The notes under the pieces are model-generated. The model was not told where the DNA came from and made no database searches. It saw nothing but the letters and a program-made list of their open reading frames with translations. A stretch of 64,000 nucleotides of DNA from an uncultured Chroococcidiopsis sp. GTDB lineage: Bacteria > Cyanobacteriota > Cyanobacteriia > Cyanobacteriales > Chroococcidiopsidaceae. Every line of letters starts with the position of its first letter. The first letter of the stretch is position 1. The DNA lies in assembly GCA_964248365.1 (NCBI GenBank), contig CAXTYC010000019.1:1-64000 (forward strand). The letters run 5' to 3'. The translations under genes were made by a program, and so were the position numbers. Below, piece by piece: positions 31,775-41,986 of the stretch.

Positions 31775-32989
31775 ATGTCAATCGTCAGCGAAAGGGAATA
31801 TTCCGGCTTCAAGAAAGAGCAAGACTTAAAACCCAAAGGTTGGTGGAAGTTTGCTTTAGCTTTTGCGGTGGGGTTCGGTTTGGGTGGGGTGGCTGTCAAT
31901 CGTTTCGGGCAGACTCACAATCAAGCTACCGACCAAAAACCAGTAATTAGTAAGCCAGTGCCAACTAGTATTAGTGCTTTGGGGCGCTTAGAACCCAGAG
32001 GGGAAGTGATTAAGCTATCAGCCCCTAGTTCTGCCTTTGGAGTGCGGGTTGATCAGTTGCTGGTGAACGAGGGAAAAAGAGTACGTGCGGGTGACGTGGT
32101 GGCGATTTTAGATAGCCGCGATCGCGCCCTTGCAGCTTTGGAAAAGGCAAAACAAGAAGTCAAAGTTGCCCGTGCGAATTTAGCAAAGGTTGAAGCAGGG
32201 GCGCAAACAGGGGAGATTGAAGCTCAAAACGCAACGATCGCACGACTCGAAGCCGAACTGCAAGGGCAAAAGCAAACTCTACAAGCAACGGTGGCACGAA
32301 TCGAAGCAGAACAACGCAATGCCTTCGTTGACTTTGAAAGATACGAAAAGTTATATCAAGACGGTGTGATCTCCGCCCAGCAGTTAGACAGTAGAAGGCT
32401 GAGTGCCAAAACCGCAGCCGAACAGTTGAACGAAAGCCAATCTACTCGATCACAGACGATCGCCACTTTAGAAAAGCAGATTGCTGAGGCAAAAGCTACT
32501 TTGAATAAGATCAAAGAAGTGCGTCCGACTGATGTGAGACTGGCACAAGCTGAAGTTGATCGCGCGATCGCAGGAGTGAAACAAGCGCAAGCCGACTTAG
32601 CCGTAGCATCTGTAAAAGCGCCAATTAGTGGTGAAATTATCAAAGTTCACACGCGCTCAGGAGAAATAATTAGTTCCGATGGCATTGTTGAGGTTGGTAG
32701 AACCGAGCAAATGATCGTAGTTGCAGAAGTTCTAGAAGAAGATATCGGCAAAGTACGTTTAGGACAACGAGCAAGCATCAGCAGCGAAAACCAAGCTTTT
32801 CCTGGCGAACTACACGGAACTGTAATTGAAGTTGGCAGGAAAATTGGCAAACAAGATGTATTGAATAATGATCCGGCGGCGGACGTGGATTCGAGAGTCG
32901 TAGAAGTCAAAATTGGTCTATCTCCAGAAGTCAGCCAGCGAGTGTCCGGTTTAACCTACGCCAAAGTAGTGACGAAAATTAAAATTTAA
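31775..32989 (+). CDS. devB: DevB-family ABC exporter membrane fusion protein
   Basis: ALGRLEPRGEVI and PAADVDSRVVEVKI. Family-level call; may be a paralog. Confidence 0.85.
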   Translation: MSIVSEREYSGFKKEQDLKPKGWWKFALAFAVGFGLGGVAVNRFGQTHNQATDQKPVISKPVPTSISALGRLEPRGEVIKLSAPSSAFGVRVDQLLVNEGKRVRAGDVVAILDSRDRALAALEKAKQEVKVARANLAKVEAGAQTGEIEAQNATIARLEAELQGQKQTLQATVARIEAEQRNAFVDFERYEKLYQDGVISAQQLDSRRLSAKTAAEQLNESQSTRSQTIATLEKQIAEAKATLNKIKEVRPTDVRLAQAEVDRAIAGVKQAQADLAVASVKAPISGEIIKVHTRSGEIISSDGIVEVGRTEQMIVVAEVLEEDIGKVRLGQRASISSENQAFPGELHGTVIEVGRKIGKQDVLNNDPAADVDSRVVEVKIGLSPEVSQRVSGLTYAKVVTKIKI

Positions 32990-33100
32990 TATTAAATGCG
33001 TTGAATGGCTTCGTTTTTTGCTAATAGCTAATGGTTAATGGTTAATAGCAATGAACAATTAGCAATTAACAAATAACATGAATAATCAACCTGAAATCAT

Positions 33101-34255
33101 ATGATACGCAAAATACCTCTAGCGTGGCTACAGCTTACTAGAGAAAAACCTCGCCTTCTTGTGGCATTAGCTGGAATTGCATTTGCTGATTTTCTAATGT
33201 TTATGCAATTAGCTTTTCGGGAAGCTTTGTTTGAGAGTAACGTGCGGTTGCACAATAGTCTAGAGGGTGAAGTTGTTTTAATTAATCCTCAGTCTAACGC
33301 TGTAAATTCTCTAAAAAGCTTTTCTCAACGCCGCTTGTATCAAGCTTTAGAGTTTAAGGAAGTGGCATCGGTACATCCTATATATGTAGGCTTGAGTTCC
33401 TGGAAAAATCCCCAAACTCGTCGGTTGAGCCAAGTCCAAGTCATTGGCGCTAATCCTAGAGAACTGGTATTTAACTTGCCTGGAATGCAGCAGAATCTAG
33501 AGAGAATTAAAATGCCTGATGTGGTGCTATTCGATCGCGGTTCTAGACCGGAGTTTGGCTCAATTGCTGCTCAGTTTGAGCAAGGAAAAACTATCAAAAC
33601 AGAAGTGGGAGGGCGGCAAATTAAGGTAGGAGGAATAGTAGAGCTAGGAGCATCATTTGGTTCTGATGGCAATTTAGTTACGAGCGATTTAAACTTTTTA
33701 CGTTTATTTAAACAGCGAAAGGCTGGATTAATTGATATAGGATTAATTAAATTAAAACCTGGCGCAAATAGCCAAGTGGTTATTGAAAGTCTTAGGCAAG
33801 TCTTACCTAAAGATATCCAAGTTTTGTCCAAGCAGCAATTTATTGAAAAAGAGACAGCTTTCTGGGCAACTAGTACACCAATTGGATTTATTTTTGCTTT
33901 GGGTACAGCTATGGGCTTTATTGTAGGAACTGTGATTGTTTATCAAATTCTCTATAGTGAAGTTTCCGATCACCTGGCTGAGTATGCTACCCTCAAAGCA
34001 ATGGGATATACACAAACTTATTTATTGTTAGTCGTTCTTCAAGAAGCTTTAATTTTAGCAAGTTTAGGTTATCTCCCTGGATTTGGTTTAGCTCTGTTTA
34101 TGTATAATTTAGCAAAAAATGCTACACTTTTACCAATTGTCATGACTTATTACAGAGCAGTTTTAGTACTAATTTTAACAATTTTAATGTGCTTTATTTC
34201 AGGAGCGTTCGCTGTGCGCAAACTGCGCTCAGCAGATCCAGCAGATATTTTTTAG
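33101..34255 (+). CDS. devC: DevC-family ABC transporter permease
   Basis: IPLAWLQL, YQILYSEVSDHLAEYATLKAMGY and ADPADIF. Confidence 0.88.
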   Translation: MIRKIPLAWLQLTREKPRLLVALAGIAFADFLMFMQLAFREALFESNVRLHNSLEGEVVLINPQSNAVNSLKSFSQRRLYQALEFKEVASVHPIYVGLSSWKNPQTRRLSQVQVIGANPRELVFNLPGMQQNLERIKMPDVVLFDRGSRPEFGSIAAQFEQGKTIKTEVGGRQIKVGGIVELGASFGSDGNLVTSDLNFLRLFKQRKAGLIDIGLIKLKPGANSQVVIESLRQVLPKDIQVLSKQQFIEKETAFWATSTPIGFIFALGTAMGFIVGTVIVYQILYSEVSDHLAEYATLKAMGYTQTYLLLVVLQEALILASLGYLPGFGLALFMYNLAKNATLLPIVMTYYRAVLVLILTILMCFISGAFAVRKLRSADPADIF

Positions 34256-34274
34256 TTAACTAAATATCCCTTTT

Positions 34275-34979
34275 TTGCTGATGTTAGAACCAGTGATAGC
34301 AATAGAAGCTCTGAATCATTACTACGGCAAAGGCGCACTGAAAAAACAGATTTTGTTTGATATCAATCTGGAAATATTTGCCGGAGAAATTGTAATTATG
34401 ACTGGACCATCAGGTTCAGGTAAAACAACTTTACTGAGCTTGATGGGCGGATTGCGCTCTGTACAAAAGGGTAGTTTAAAACTTTTGGGCGATGAGCTAT
34501 GTGGAGCCAGCGAAAAAGAATTGGTACGATTTCGTAGAAAGATTGGATATATTTTTCAAGCACACAATTTGCTAGGATTTTTATCAGCACGACAAAATGT
34601 ACAAATGTCGGTGGAACTGAATAAAAATGTTTCGCAGCAAGAAGCTATTAAGAAATCCGTTGCTATGCTGCAAGAAGTCGGTTTAGGCGAACGCCTTGAT
34701 TACTACCCAGAGAATCTTTCGGGAGGACAAAAACAACGCATAGCGATCGCGCGTGCATTGGTAAATCATCCTAAACTAGTATTAGCAGACGAACCCACAG
34801 CCGCTTTGGATAAAAAATCAGGTCGTGATGTAGTTGAATTGATGCAACGTCTGGCTAAAGAGCAAGGCTCTACCATCTTAATGGTGACTCACGATAACCG
34901 GATTTTAGATATTGCTGATCGCATTGTCAGTATGGAAGACGGTCGTTTAATTAGCAGTGATTTGGCAAAAACCTCGTAG
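34275..34979 (+). CDS. devA: DevA-family ABC transporter ATP-binding protein
   Basis: GPSGSGKTT, LSGGQKQR and VTHDNRIL. Confidence 0.88.
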   Translation: MLMLEPVIAIEALNHYYGKGALKKQILFDINLEIFAGEIVIMTGPSGSGKTTLLSLMGGLRSVQKGSLKLLGDELCGASEKELVRFRRKIGYIFQAHNLLGFLSARQNVQMSVELNKNVSQQEAIKKSVAMLQEVGLGERLDYYPENLSGGQKQRIAIARALVNHPKLVLADEPTAALDKKSGRDVVELMQRLAKEQGSTILMVTHDNRILDIADRIVSMEDGRLISSDLAKTS

Positions 34980-35027
34980 GGTGGGCATTGCCCACCAAAT
35001 TGTTGATGGTGGGCATGGGTGGTATAT
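34977..35027. repeat. REP-like palindrome pair (GTAGGGTGGGCATTGCCCACC plus variant)
   Basis: Same family at ~3330, ~3428, ~17135 and 61301-61418. Confidence 0.75.
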
Positions 35028-35593
35028 CAGAAAATTTCCGAAAGATCTAGCGTAAAACCTGGCAGTACATTTTCCCCTGACAAAAGGGTAATATTTTCTA
35101 ACGCCTCAACTTCTTGTCCTGGTCGGTAAATTTCTACTGTTTTACGTTGGGGGTCAATCAGCCAACCTAAACGAACACCGTTATCACGGTATTCTTCCAT
35201 CTTAGTTTGAAGGATTTTAAGCCTGTCAGAACTCGAACGCAATTCTATCACAAAGTCGGGTGCAAGAGGCAAAAACTTATCAGGGTCGGGGTTAATTGCT
35301 TCAATTCTTTCTCGTCTAACCCAAGCCGCGTCTGGGGAACGCTCTGCACCGTTGGGTAAAGTAAAACCAGTAGAGGAGTCAAAAGCAATACCCTCTTTAT
35401 TTTGGCGACTCCAAGCTTTGAGCTGATAGATTAATTCGGCGTTGCGTTCCCCTGTTCCCCAACCTGCTGGAGGCATAATAATTAAATTTCCTTCTTTATC
35501 CCGTTCTAAACGTAAATCTCTATTGGCAGCCGCAAGTTGTTGAAACTGTTCTGAGGTAAGTTTTGTGATTGGGGACAAGTTTAATGTAAGCAT
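35027..35593 (-). CDS. Uma2-family (DUF820) putative endonuclease
   Basis: FDSSTGFTLPNGAERSPDAAW, PDFVIELRS and LGWLIDP. Confidence 0.93.
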   Translation of the reverse strand: MLTLNLSPITKLTSEQFQQLAAANRDLRLERDKEGNLIIMPPAGWGTGERNAELIYQLKAWSRQNKEGIAFDSSTGFTLPNGAERSPDAAWVRRERIEAINPDPDKFLPLAPDFVIELRSSSDRLKILQTKMEEYRDNGVRLGWLIDPQRKTVEIYRPGQEVEALENITLLSGENVLPGFTLDLSEIF

Positions 35594-35645
35594 AGTTTTT
35601 GCTGGGGTGAACAGCTAGGATTTGTTTATCTTCAACCGATGAGTT

Positions 35646-35885
35646 GCACCCCCGCGCGTATCGGGGGATGAATCACGGGCAAGAACTTGACTTCACAACC
35701 CGTTGTATGAGAATATACTCCTAAACTATCCCTGGAAGTGGGGAAAGTTACGCCTGCGGGAGATACACGTTAAGTGGAGGCTATCCGAAAGATAGTGCTT
35801 CGTGTATGCATGACGAATAAGACCGGAGGATACTAACGGCAAGTCAGCCCAGGAAACCCCCGCGCGTATCGGTGGGTACTTCACC
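35646..35885 (+). mobile_element. Non-autonomous IS200/IS605-derived mini-element (left end + omega-RNA-like right end, no ORF)
   Basis: Paired subterminal hairpins CCCCGCGCGTATCGGGGG and CCCCGCGCGTATCGGTGGG; internal AAGTTACGCCTGCGGGAGA and CAGGAAACCCCC resemble tnpB 3' ends. Confidence 0.65.
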
Positions 35886-35906
35886 CAAGTAGGGTAGAGA
35901 AGCACC

Positions 35907-36218
35907 TCACGCCCTTACTTTCATCAGCAATTCGGAAACGATGTGTTCCCATTCTGAATCTAAGCTAGCTGTAAACTCTGGCTTTCCGCTGCGCTTATAC
36001 CAGTAATGGGCATTAACTAAGTCACCTTCCTTGCGGTGCAAATAAGCATGAACCCAAGCACTATCGGCATCATTGCTACTTTGCGATATTTCGTGCGCCA
36101 TGTCCCAATCGCCTTTTTTGGCGTACCATAGTGCTTGTAGTGGTTTTGTCAGCGACGACGGACATTGTTCGTGTTGTGCGATCGCTTGTATAAATTCGTC
36201 TTTAGTCATGTTCTCCAC
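35907..36218 (-). CDS. Conserved hypothetical protein
   Basis: ALWY..KGDWDMAH and WVHAYLHRKEGDLVNAHYWY. Confidence 0.8.
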   Translation of the reverse strand: MENMTKDEFIQAIAQHEQCPSSLTKPLQALWYAKKGDWDMAHEISQSSNDADSAWVHAYLHRKEGDLVNAHYWYKRSGKPEFTASLDSEWEHIVSELLMKVRA

Positions 36219-36225
36219 TCAACCT

Positions 36226-37254
36226 TTATATATCTGGATGGATGGCGACTTTAATTACTCGCCGCTGCTTCATATCTTCAAACACCTGCTCTAAATCTTG
36301 CAACGGTCGGTGTTGGCTAATCAATAATTCAAAAGGAATGACTCGACTTGCTAACAAAGATAACGCGGCGCGTACATATTCTGGAGTGTTGTGAAATACT
36401 CCCTTAAGAGTGAGTTCACTGTAGTGCAGTTGTTCTGTATCTATGGTAATTGTCGTATCTCTGGGACAACCGCCAAATAGATTTACTGTTGCACCTGGAC
36501 GCGCACAGGCGATCGCAATTTCCCAAACTGAAGGTACACCAGTTGCTTCAATCACCACATCTGCACCCCAGCCCTCTGTATATGCTTTGACAAGGGCGGG
36601 GATATCTGTATGCTGATGATAATTATAAGTCCGATCTGCACCCAATTTTTCCCCCATTTGCAACCGCCGATCATTCCCACCAAATAATAATACTTGAGTA
36701 GATTGGTGGGCTAATACTGCCACAAACATCAACCCGATCGCACCATCTCCTAGCACCACAACCCTATCTGCTGGCTGCACATTTGACCGTGCTACCCCAT
36801 GCAGCACACAAGCTAGGGGTTCAGTCATAGCTGCTACCTCATCCGGCACAGCGCCAATGGGTAACAAATTGTGTTGCACAATCGGGGCAGGAATTTTTAG
36901 GTATTGGGCAAAAGTACCATTATTCCAGGTCAAATTTGGGCAGAGAGAATATTCACAACGTTGACAAAAAAAACATTTCATGCATGGAGCAGAATTATTC
37001 GCTACCACGCGATCGCCTATCTGCCAACCCTGCACACCTTCCCCCACAGCCACAATTTGCCCAGCTGCCTCATGACCAAACAAAGTAGGGGGTTGAAGCA
37101 TTTTTGCATGACCCCCCCGCCGCCATACTTTGAGATCTGTACCACAAGTCGTTGCTGCTACGACTTTTATCACCACCTCACCCATAGCTGGCGTGGGATC
37201 AATAACTTGTTCTAAACGTAAGTCTTCTTGCCCATAAAGTAGTGCAGCAAGCAT
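36226..37254 (-). CDS. Zinc-dependent alcohol dehydrogenase (MDR family)
   Basis: CGTDLK, GHEAAG, CxxCxxC...C structural Zn site and GDGAIG. Confidence 0.92.
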   Translation of the reverse strand: MLAALLYGQEDLRLEQVIDPTPAMGEVVIKVVAATTCGTDLKVWRRGGHAKMLQPPTLFGHEAAGQIVAVGEGVQGWQIGDRVVANNSAPCMKCFFCQRCEYSLCPNLTWNNGTFAQYLKIPAPIVQHNLLPIGAVPDEVAAMTEPLACVLHGVARSNVQPADRVVVLGDGAIGLMFVAVLAHQSTQVLLFGGNDRRLQMGEKLGADRTYNYHQHTDIPALVKAYTEGWGADVVIEATGVPSVWEIAIACARPGATVNLFGGCPRDTTITIDTEQLHYSELTLKGVFHNTPEYVRAALSLLASRVIPFELLISQHRPLQDLEQVFEDMKQRRVIKVAIHPDI

Positions 37255-37488
37255 TGTTTAACTAGTTCCTAACCATTCCCCGATGATTGTACCAGGTGAA
37301 GGGGCTAGGGGTTGGGGACTAGGGGCTAGGGGAAGAGGAACCAGAGGAACCAGAAAAACCAGGGAATTTTGGATCCATAGATTTTGGATAAGAGATTGGG
37401 TTTTCTCCTTTGCCCCTTATCCCCAAGTCCCCAAGTCCCCTGCGTCTTTTTCCCTAGCCCCTAGCCCCTAGCCCCTAGCCCCTAGCCC

Positions 37489-37659
37489 TTAAAGCTTTAC
37501 AGGTTGTTCGCGTACGTTGGCCGCTTCTGTACGAGGCGTTTGACTGACTGCAAACAGTGGCACTTCTTGCCAGCAAGAGGTACAGAACCAATAAACTCCA
37601 CCTTGGCGGATATGACGCAACAAAGAATCACCGCAACAAGGACAACTGTTAGTTCTCAT
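37489..37659 (-). CDS. Small (56 aa) zinc-ribbon-like protein, absent from the ORF track
   Basis: MRTNSCPCCGDSLLRHIRQGGVYWFCTSCWQEVPLFAVSQTPRTEAANVREQPVKL. Alternative ATG at 37665; lies directly downstream of the GT4 gene. Confidence 0.75.
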   Translation of the reverse strand: MRTNSCPCCGDSLLRHIRQGGVYWFCTSCWQEVPLFAVSQTPRTEAANVREQPVKL

Positions 37660-37694
37660 AGTCATGTTTTTATGTCCAAATTCAAAAAAGTTGA

Positions 37695-38765
37695 TTAAAA
37701 CGAAACTTTGGCTGAAATAAGATGCCCGTTTGAAGCTATTCGACTTTTGAGCAACTGTTGATAAGCTGCCTCGTATCCGTCTACCATTTGCGTAACACTA
37801 AAGTTGTTTTTTACATATTCTCGACAAGTCCGACGATCCAATTCCAAAGCAGCTGGAATCATGGTTGCCATTTCTTCGTAACTGTTGCAGATAAACCCAC
37901 TCTTGCCATGATCGATTACCTCTGGTACAGAACCTATATTCATCCCCAGCACTGGTGTGCCTGTTGCCATTGACTCGATCATCACTAAGCCAAACGGTTC
38001 ATTCCAGTTAATCGGAAACAATGTGAGTGCAGCATTACCCAGTAATTCAACTTTCTGCTCGTGGTTGACTTCACCCAGGTATTCAATTTGCTTACCATCT
38101 ATGTGGGGGGCAATTTCTGTCTCAAAGAACTGCCGTTCGACTGCGTCAATTTTGCCTGCCATCTTCAAATGCCAACCTGTCTGCTTGGCAATGGCGATCG
38201 CGTGTTGTGGTCCTTTTTCCGGTGATAGACGACCTAAGAAGGCAAGATATGGTGGCTGTGCTTGGGGAGAAGCACAGAAGCTATAATTTTCTAAATCAAT
38301 GCCGTTATAAACAGTACGCAGATAATTTAGATCTAGTTGCCGCTGAGCATTACTAATACTGATATATGGCTGTTTGCGATGTAACTGAAATACTTTGCTA
38401 GTATCTGCTTTAAAGTTATTGTGCAGCGTGTGGATTGTTGGCGTTTTTACCAATTCTGCTATTGTCAGCGGTGCTATACCTATGTGAGAATGGATAATGT
38501 CAAATTCCGCTGCTTGTTTGTATACCTGACTTACTTCCAGCGTTTCGTAGACCGAATAATCTTTGATCTGCTGGTCTAACCGGATAGCACGGGGATATAC
38601 TGCTTCTAAGCGAGCTAGAGTTTGAGAGTCGCCAGAAGCAAACAAAGTTACTTCGTGACCCCGACGCACTAGTTCATCAGTTAAATGACTGACAACTAAT
38701 TCAATGCCGCCGTAAGTTGGTGGAGGAACTCGCTCCCATAAGGGCGCAACTTGAGCAATTTTCAT
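37695..38765 (-). CDS. Glycosyltransferase family 4 protein
   Basis: VPPPTYGGIE, GRLSPEKG and EPFGLVMIESMATGTPV. Confidence 0.93.
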   Translation of the reverse strand: MKIAQVAPLWERVPPPTYGGIELVVSHLTDELVRRGHEVTLFASGDSQTLARLEAVYPRAIRLDQQIKDYSVYETLEVSQVYKQAAEFDIIHSHIGIAPLTIAELVKTPTIHTLHNNFKADTSKVFQLHRKQPYISISNAQRQLDLNYLRTVYNGIDLENYSFCASPQAQPPYLAFLGRLSPEKGPQHAIAIAKQTGWHLKMAGKIDAVERQFFETEIAPHIDGKQIEYLGEVNHEQKVELLGNAALTLFPINWNEPFGLVMIESMATGTPVLGMNIGSVPEVIDHGKSGFICNSYEEMATMIPAALELDRRTCREYVKNNFSVTQMVDGYEAAYQQLLKSRIASNGHLISAKVSF

Positions 38766-39025
38766 CTTGTTTTTGTTGGTTCAGTAGATAAAATAGTAGA
38801 AACTAGTGTTTAACACCTGGTAACACCTGCTTCAGCCAAAGGCTAAGGTATGTATACCTAAATTGAAAAACACTAAATTAACCTTAACTCCTGAAACAGC
38901 AGTAGTTTGGTTAACCGTACTACTATCAACCCATCAGATTTATAATCTATAACTTGTTCTTATGTAGCCTCATCTATCCTGGGGATCATCTACAGGTGGG
39001 GCTTGTAGGGATTTTCATCAGCTCC

Positions 39026-39142
39026 AGATCTTGCATCTGCGTTTGTTGTCAGAAGGCTCTTGCCTCCTACGCCTCGTTCCCTAGCCCCTCCTGGGAACCA
39101 AAAGATAGAGAAGAGCCTCTTTTAAATACTGGTGCAAGATAT
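39026..39142. mobile_element. MITE-like element, ends AGATCTTGCATC / GGTGCAAGATAT
   Basis: Terminal inverted repeats shared with the elements at 14432 and 62447. Confidence 0.55.
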
Positions 39143-39307
39143 GAGACAAGCAAAGGTGTATGCCTAGTGACAAACCGCAACAACAAAAGCGATCGCACCC
39201 CGAATTGCTGCCCTAAGGGGTGCGATCGCTTTTGTTGACATCCTGTGCGTCTTATGCAATTTATCTGAGCAAAATCACCAAGACACAAAAATTATTCCAG
39301 GTAATAC

Positions 39308-40480
39308 TTAATACTCAGGCACAGACGAATCAACTTGTTGACTCCAGGCAGTAATTCCTCCCTTCACATTCGTACCTTCAATTCCCGCTTGCTTCAAAAT
39401 ACTCAAAGCCTTCGCCGATCGCCCACCTAGCTTACAATGAGCAATTAGGCGATGACCGTTGAGAATTTCCTTCACCTTGGCTACACCTTCACCATTTTCA
39501 ATATCTGGTAAAGGCACTAAAACAGAACCAGGAATCTTGGCAATTTCATACTCATTCGGGTTACGCACATCTAGCAGCACAAAATCATTCGCACCGCTAT
39601 CAATCAATTCCTTCAATTCCTGCACAGTCATTTCGGACATTTCCATCTGTCGTTTTGCCTCCTCTGCCTTAGCTTGGGGAATACCACAGAAAAATTCGTA
39701 GTCGATTAACTTCTCAATGACAGGACGTACCGGATTAGGACGTAATTTCAATTCACGGAACTTCATTTCTAGAGCATTGTATAACAACAACCGCCCGCTT
39801 AACGTCGTCCCTTGTCCTAAAATAATTTTGACAGCTTCCGTAGCCTGGATTGTGCCGATAATGCCGCACAGCACACCTAGTACACCACCTTCAGCACAAG
39901 AAGGAACCATCCCAGGTGGTGGTGGTTCTGGATATAAATCGCGGTAATTGGGACCACCTTCGTAGTTAAATACTGTTGCTTGCCCTTCAAATCGGAAAAT
40001 CGAACCGTAGACATTGGGCTTGTTTAACAACACGCAGGCATCATTAACTAGATACCTAGTAGGAAAATTGTCTGTGCCATCTACAATCACATCGTAAGGT
40101 TCCATGAGAGAGAGGGCATTTTCAGAAGTTATCCGAGTTTCATAAAGATCCACCTGACAATCAGGATTAATCTCTAAAACCCGATTTTTAGCAGATTCAA
40201 TCTTGGGCTTGCCTATCCAAGAAGTACTGTGGATAATTTGACGATGCAGATTAGAATTATCTACAACATCAAAATCTACAATTCCAATACGTCCTACTCC
40301 GGCTGCTGCTAAATATAACAGCAAGGGAGAACCTAGCCCACCTGTACCAATACAAAGGACGCTGGCAGCTTTCAGGCGTTTCTGCCCTTCTAGCCCTACC
40401 TCTGGCAAAATGATGTGGCGGGAATACCGTGCGTATTCTTCTTTAGTTAATTGGATTTCATCCAAATTGGGATTGAGCAT
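39308..40480 (-). CDS. moeB: MoeB/MoeZ adenylyltransferase with C-terminal rhodanese domain
   Basis: RYSRH, GTGGLGSP, SNLHRQ, DGTDNF, PSCAEGGVLG and rhodanese HCKLGGRS. Confidence 0.93.
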   Translation of the reverse strand: MLNPNLDEIQLTKEEYARYSRHIILPEVGLEGQKRLKAASVLCIGTGGLGSPLLLYLAAAGVGRIGIVDFDVVDNSNLHRQIIHSTSWIGKPKIESAKNRVLEINPDCQVDLYETRITSENALSLMEPYDVIVDGTDNFPTRYLVNDACVLLNKPNVYGSIFRFEGQATVFNYEGGPNYRDLYPEPPPPGMVPSCAEGGVLGVLCGIIGTIQATEAVKIILGQGTTLSGRLLLYNALEMKFRELKLRPNPVRPVIEKLIDYEFFCGIPQAKAEEAKRQMEMSEMTVQELKELIDSGANDFVLLDVRNPNEYEIAKIPGSVLVPLPDIENGEGVAKVKEILNGHRLIAHCKLGGRSAKALSILKQAGIEGTNVKGGITAWSQQVDSSVPEY

Positions 40481-40571
40481 AGCAGTTTGATGGGAGGGAG
40501 CGGATTTAATATCCTAAGCTAAAAACAAGATCCTTTTGTAAGAGAGTTTTAAATAATTTAATTTAAATTAT

Positions 40572-41051
40572 TTAAATTAGCTTTTCCACAATAATTTCTT
40601 CTGGTTGGAACTGGTGGTTATCATCAAGACTCCAGCTCTTCAGTTCCCCAGCTTTGCCTTGTGGTACAGAAACAATGATATATGAATAGGTTTGCCAAGC
40701 ACACACTCGATCAAAATGAGATGGTATTGCCGGATGATCTGGGTGAGAATGATAAATTCCAATTATATCAAGCTGGCGATCGCGTGCTTGTTTTTGTACT
40801 TGCAATATTACCTCTGGGGCGATCGTGTAATGGCTGTTTTTATCCGCACCCGAATCGATTGATGCATCAATTTGGGCAAAAGACTCAACCGCCTCGCCAC
40901 TCCAAGCGTTTTCGGTTGCTATCACTTCCACCAACATTTTCCCATTCTGACTGTTTTTACCCAACAACAACCCACAGCACTCATGAGGATAAGTACTTTC
41001 GGCATGGGCGCAAATCGCCCTAAGATGTTCGACAGCAAGTTTAAGAGTCAC
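40572..41051 (-). CDS. JAB/Mov34 (M67) metallopeptidase
   Basis: YPHECCGLL and YHSHPDHPAIPSHFD (JAMM motif). Confidence 0.92.
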   Translation of the reverse strand: MTLKLAVEHLRAICAHAESTYPHECCGLLLGKNSQNGKMLVEVIATENAWSGEAVESFAQIDASIDSGADKNSHYTIAPEVILQVQKQARDRQLDIIGIYHSHPDHPAIPSHFDRVCAWQTYSYIIVSVPQGKAGELKSWSLDDNHQFQPEEIIVEKLI

Positions 41052-41179
41052 AATTTAATGAGGGGCTAGGGGCTAGGGGCTGGAGGAAAGCTGGGGGGGA
41101 AAATACCCTCTTCCCTTAACTGGTAACTGGTAACTGGTAACTGATCTTTACCCTTTCCCTAGCCCCTAGTCTCTAACCC

Positions 41180-41914
41180 CTAGCCCCTCTCTTTAAGCGC
41201 ACCGAGATATAATTCTGCTACTTTGGGATCGTTGAGTAGTTCATTGCCTGCACCGGAAAAGCGATCGCGTCCAGTATCCAAAACATAAGCTCGATGTGCC
41301 ATTGCTAAGGCTTTACGGGCATTCTGTTCTACCAAGACAATTGCACATCCCCCCTGGTTTATTTGTTGAATTTGTTCAAATACACCATTTACCAACAGGG
41401 GGGACAACGCTGCACTCGGTTCATCTAGTAGCAATAAGTTCGGTTCAAGCATCAAAGCTTTGCCCATTGCCAACATCTGACGTTCACCACCCGAAAGAGT
41501 GCCTGCCTTTTGACTGCGTCGATTAGCTAGGGCAGGAAAAGTTGTGTATATTTTATCTTTAAGGGGAGTTAAAGCACAATTGCGAATATAAGCTCCCATT
41601 TCCAAATTCTCTTCTACACTTAGGGATGGGAAGACGTTAGATATTTGCGGTACATAGCACATCCCCCGTTGAACAATTTGGTTCGACTTTAATTTGATAA
41701 TATTCTCACCTTTGAACGTAATTCTACCTTTGTGAGGAGTGAGTAACCCAAAGATAGTTTTGGCGAGGGTGGACTTACCAGCACCATTGGGACCAATTAC
41801 TGCTACTAGTTCTCCTGGTACAATGCGAAAATTCACGCCTTGGAGGATGTCTAGGTCTTTGATGTATCCAGCCCAGACATCTTCAACTTCTAATAATGGA
41901 GGGCGATCGTTCAT
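41180..41914 (-). CDS. Branched-chain/neutral amino-acid ABC transporter ATP-binding subunit (LivF/NatE-like)
   Basis: GPNGAGKST, LSGGERQMLAMG and VEQNA. Confidence 0.9.
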   Translation of the reverse strand: MNDRPPLLEVEDVWAGYIKDLDILQGVNFRIVPGELVAVIGPNGAGKSTLAKTIFGLLTPHKGRITFKGENIIKLKSNQIVQRGMCYVPQISNVFPSLSVEENLEMGAYIRNCALTPLKDKIYTTFPALANRRSQKAGTLSGGERQMLAMGKALMLEPNLLLLDEPSAALSPLLVNGVFEQIQQINQGGCAIVLVEQNARKALAMAHRAYVLDTGRDRFSGAGNELLNDPKVAELYLGALKERG

Positions 41915-41986
41915 AGTCAGCTTTCAGCTTGAGAGCAATCAGCATTTAGCTTATCCTATACACGAAAGCTACTAAACCTATTACTT

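Noticed and set aside
31775..34979. devBCA and hetP/hetC-like genes as proof of a heterocyst-forming host
   Set aside because: Both families have paralogs in non-heterocystous cyanobacteria; no heterocyst-specific gene is in the window.
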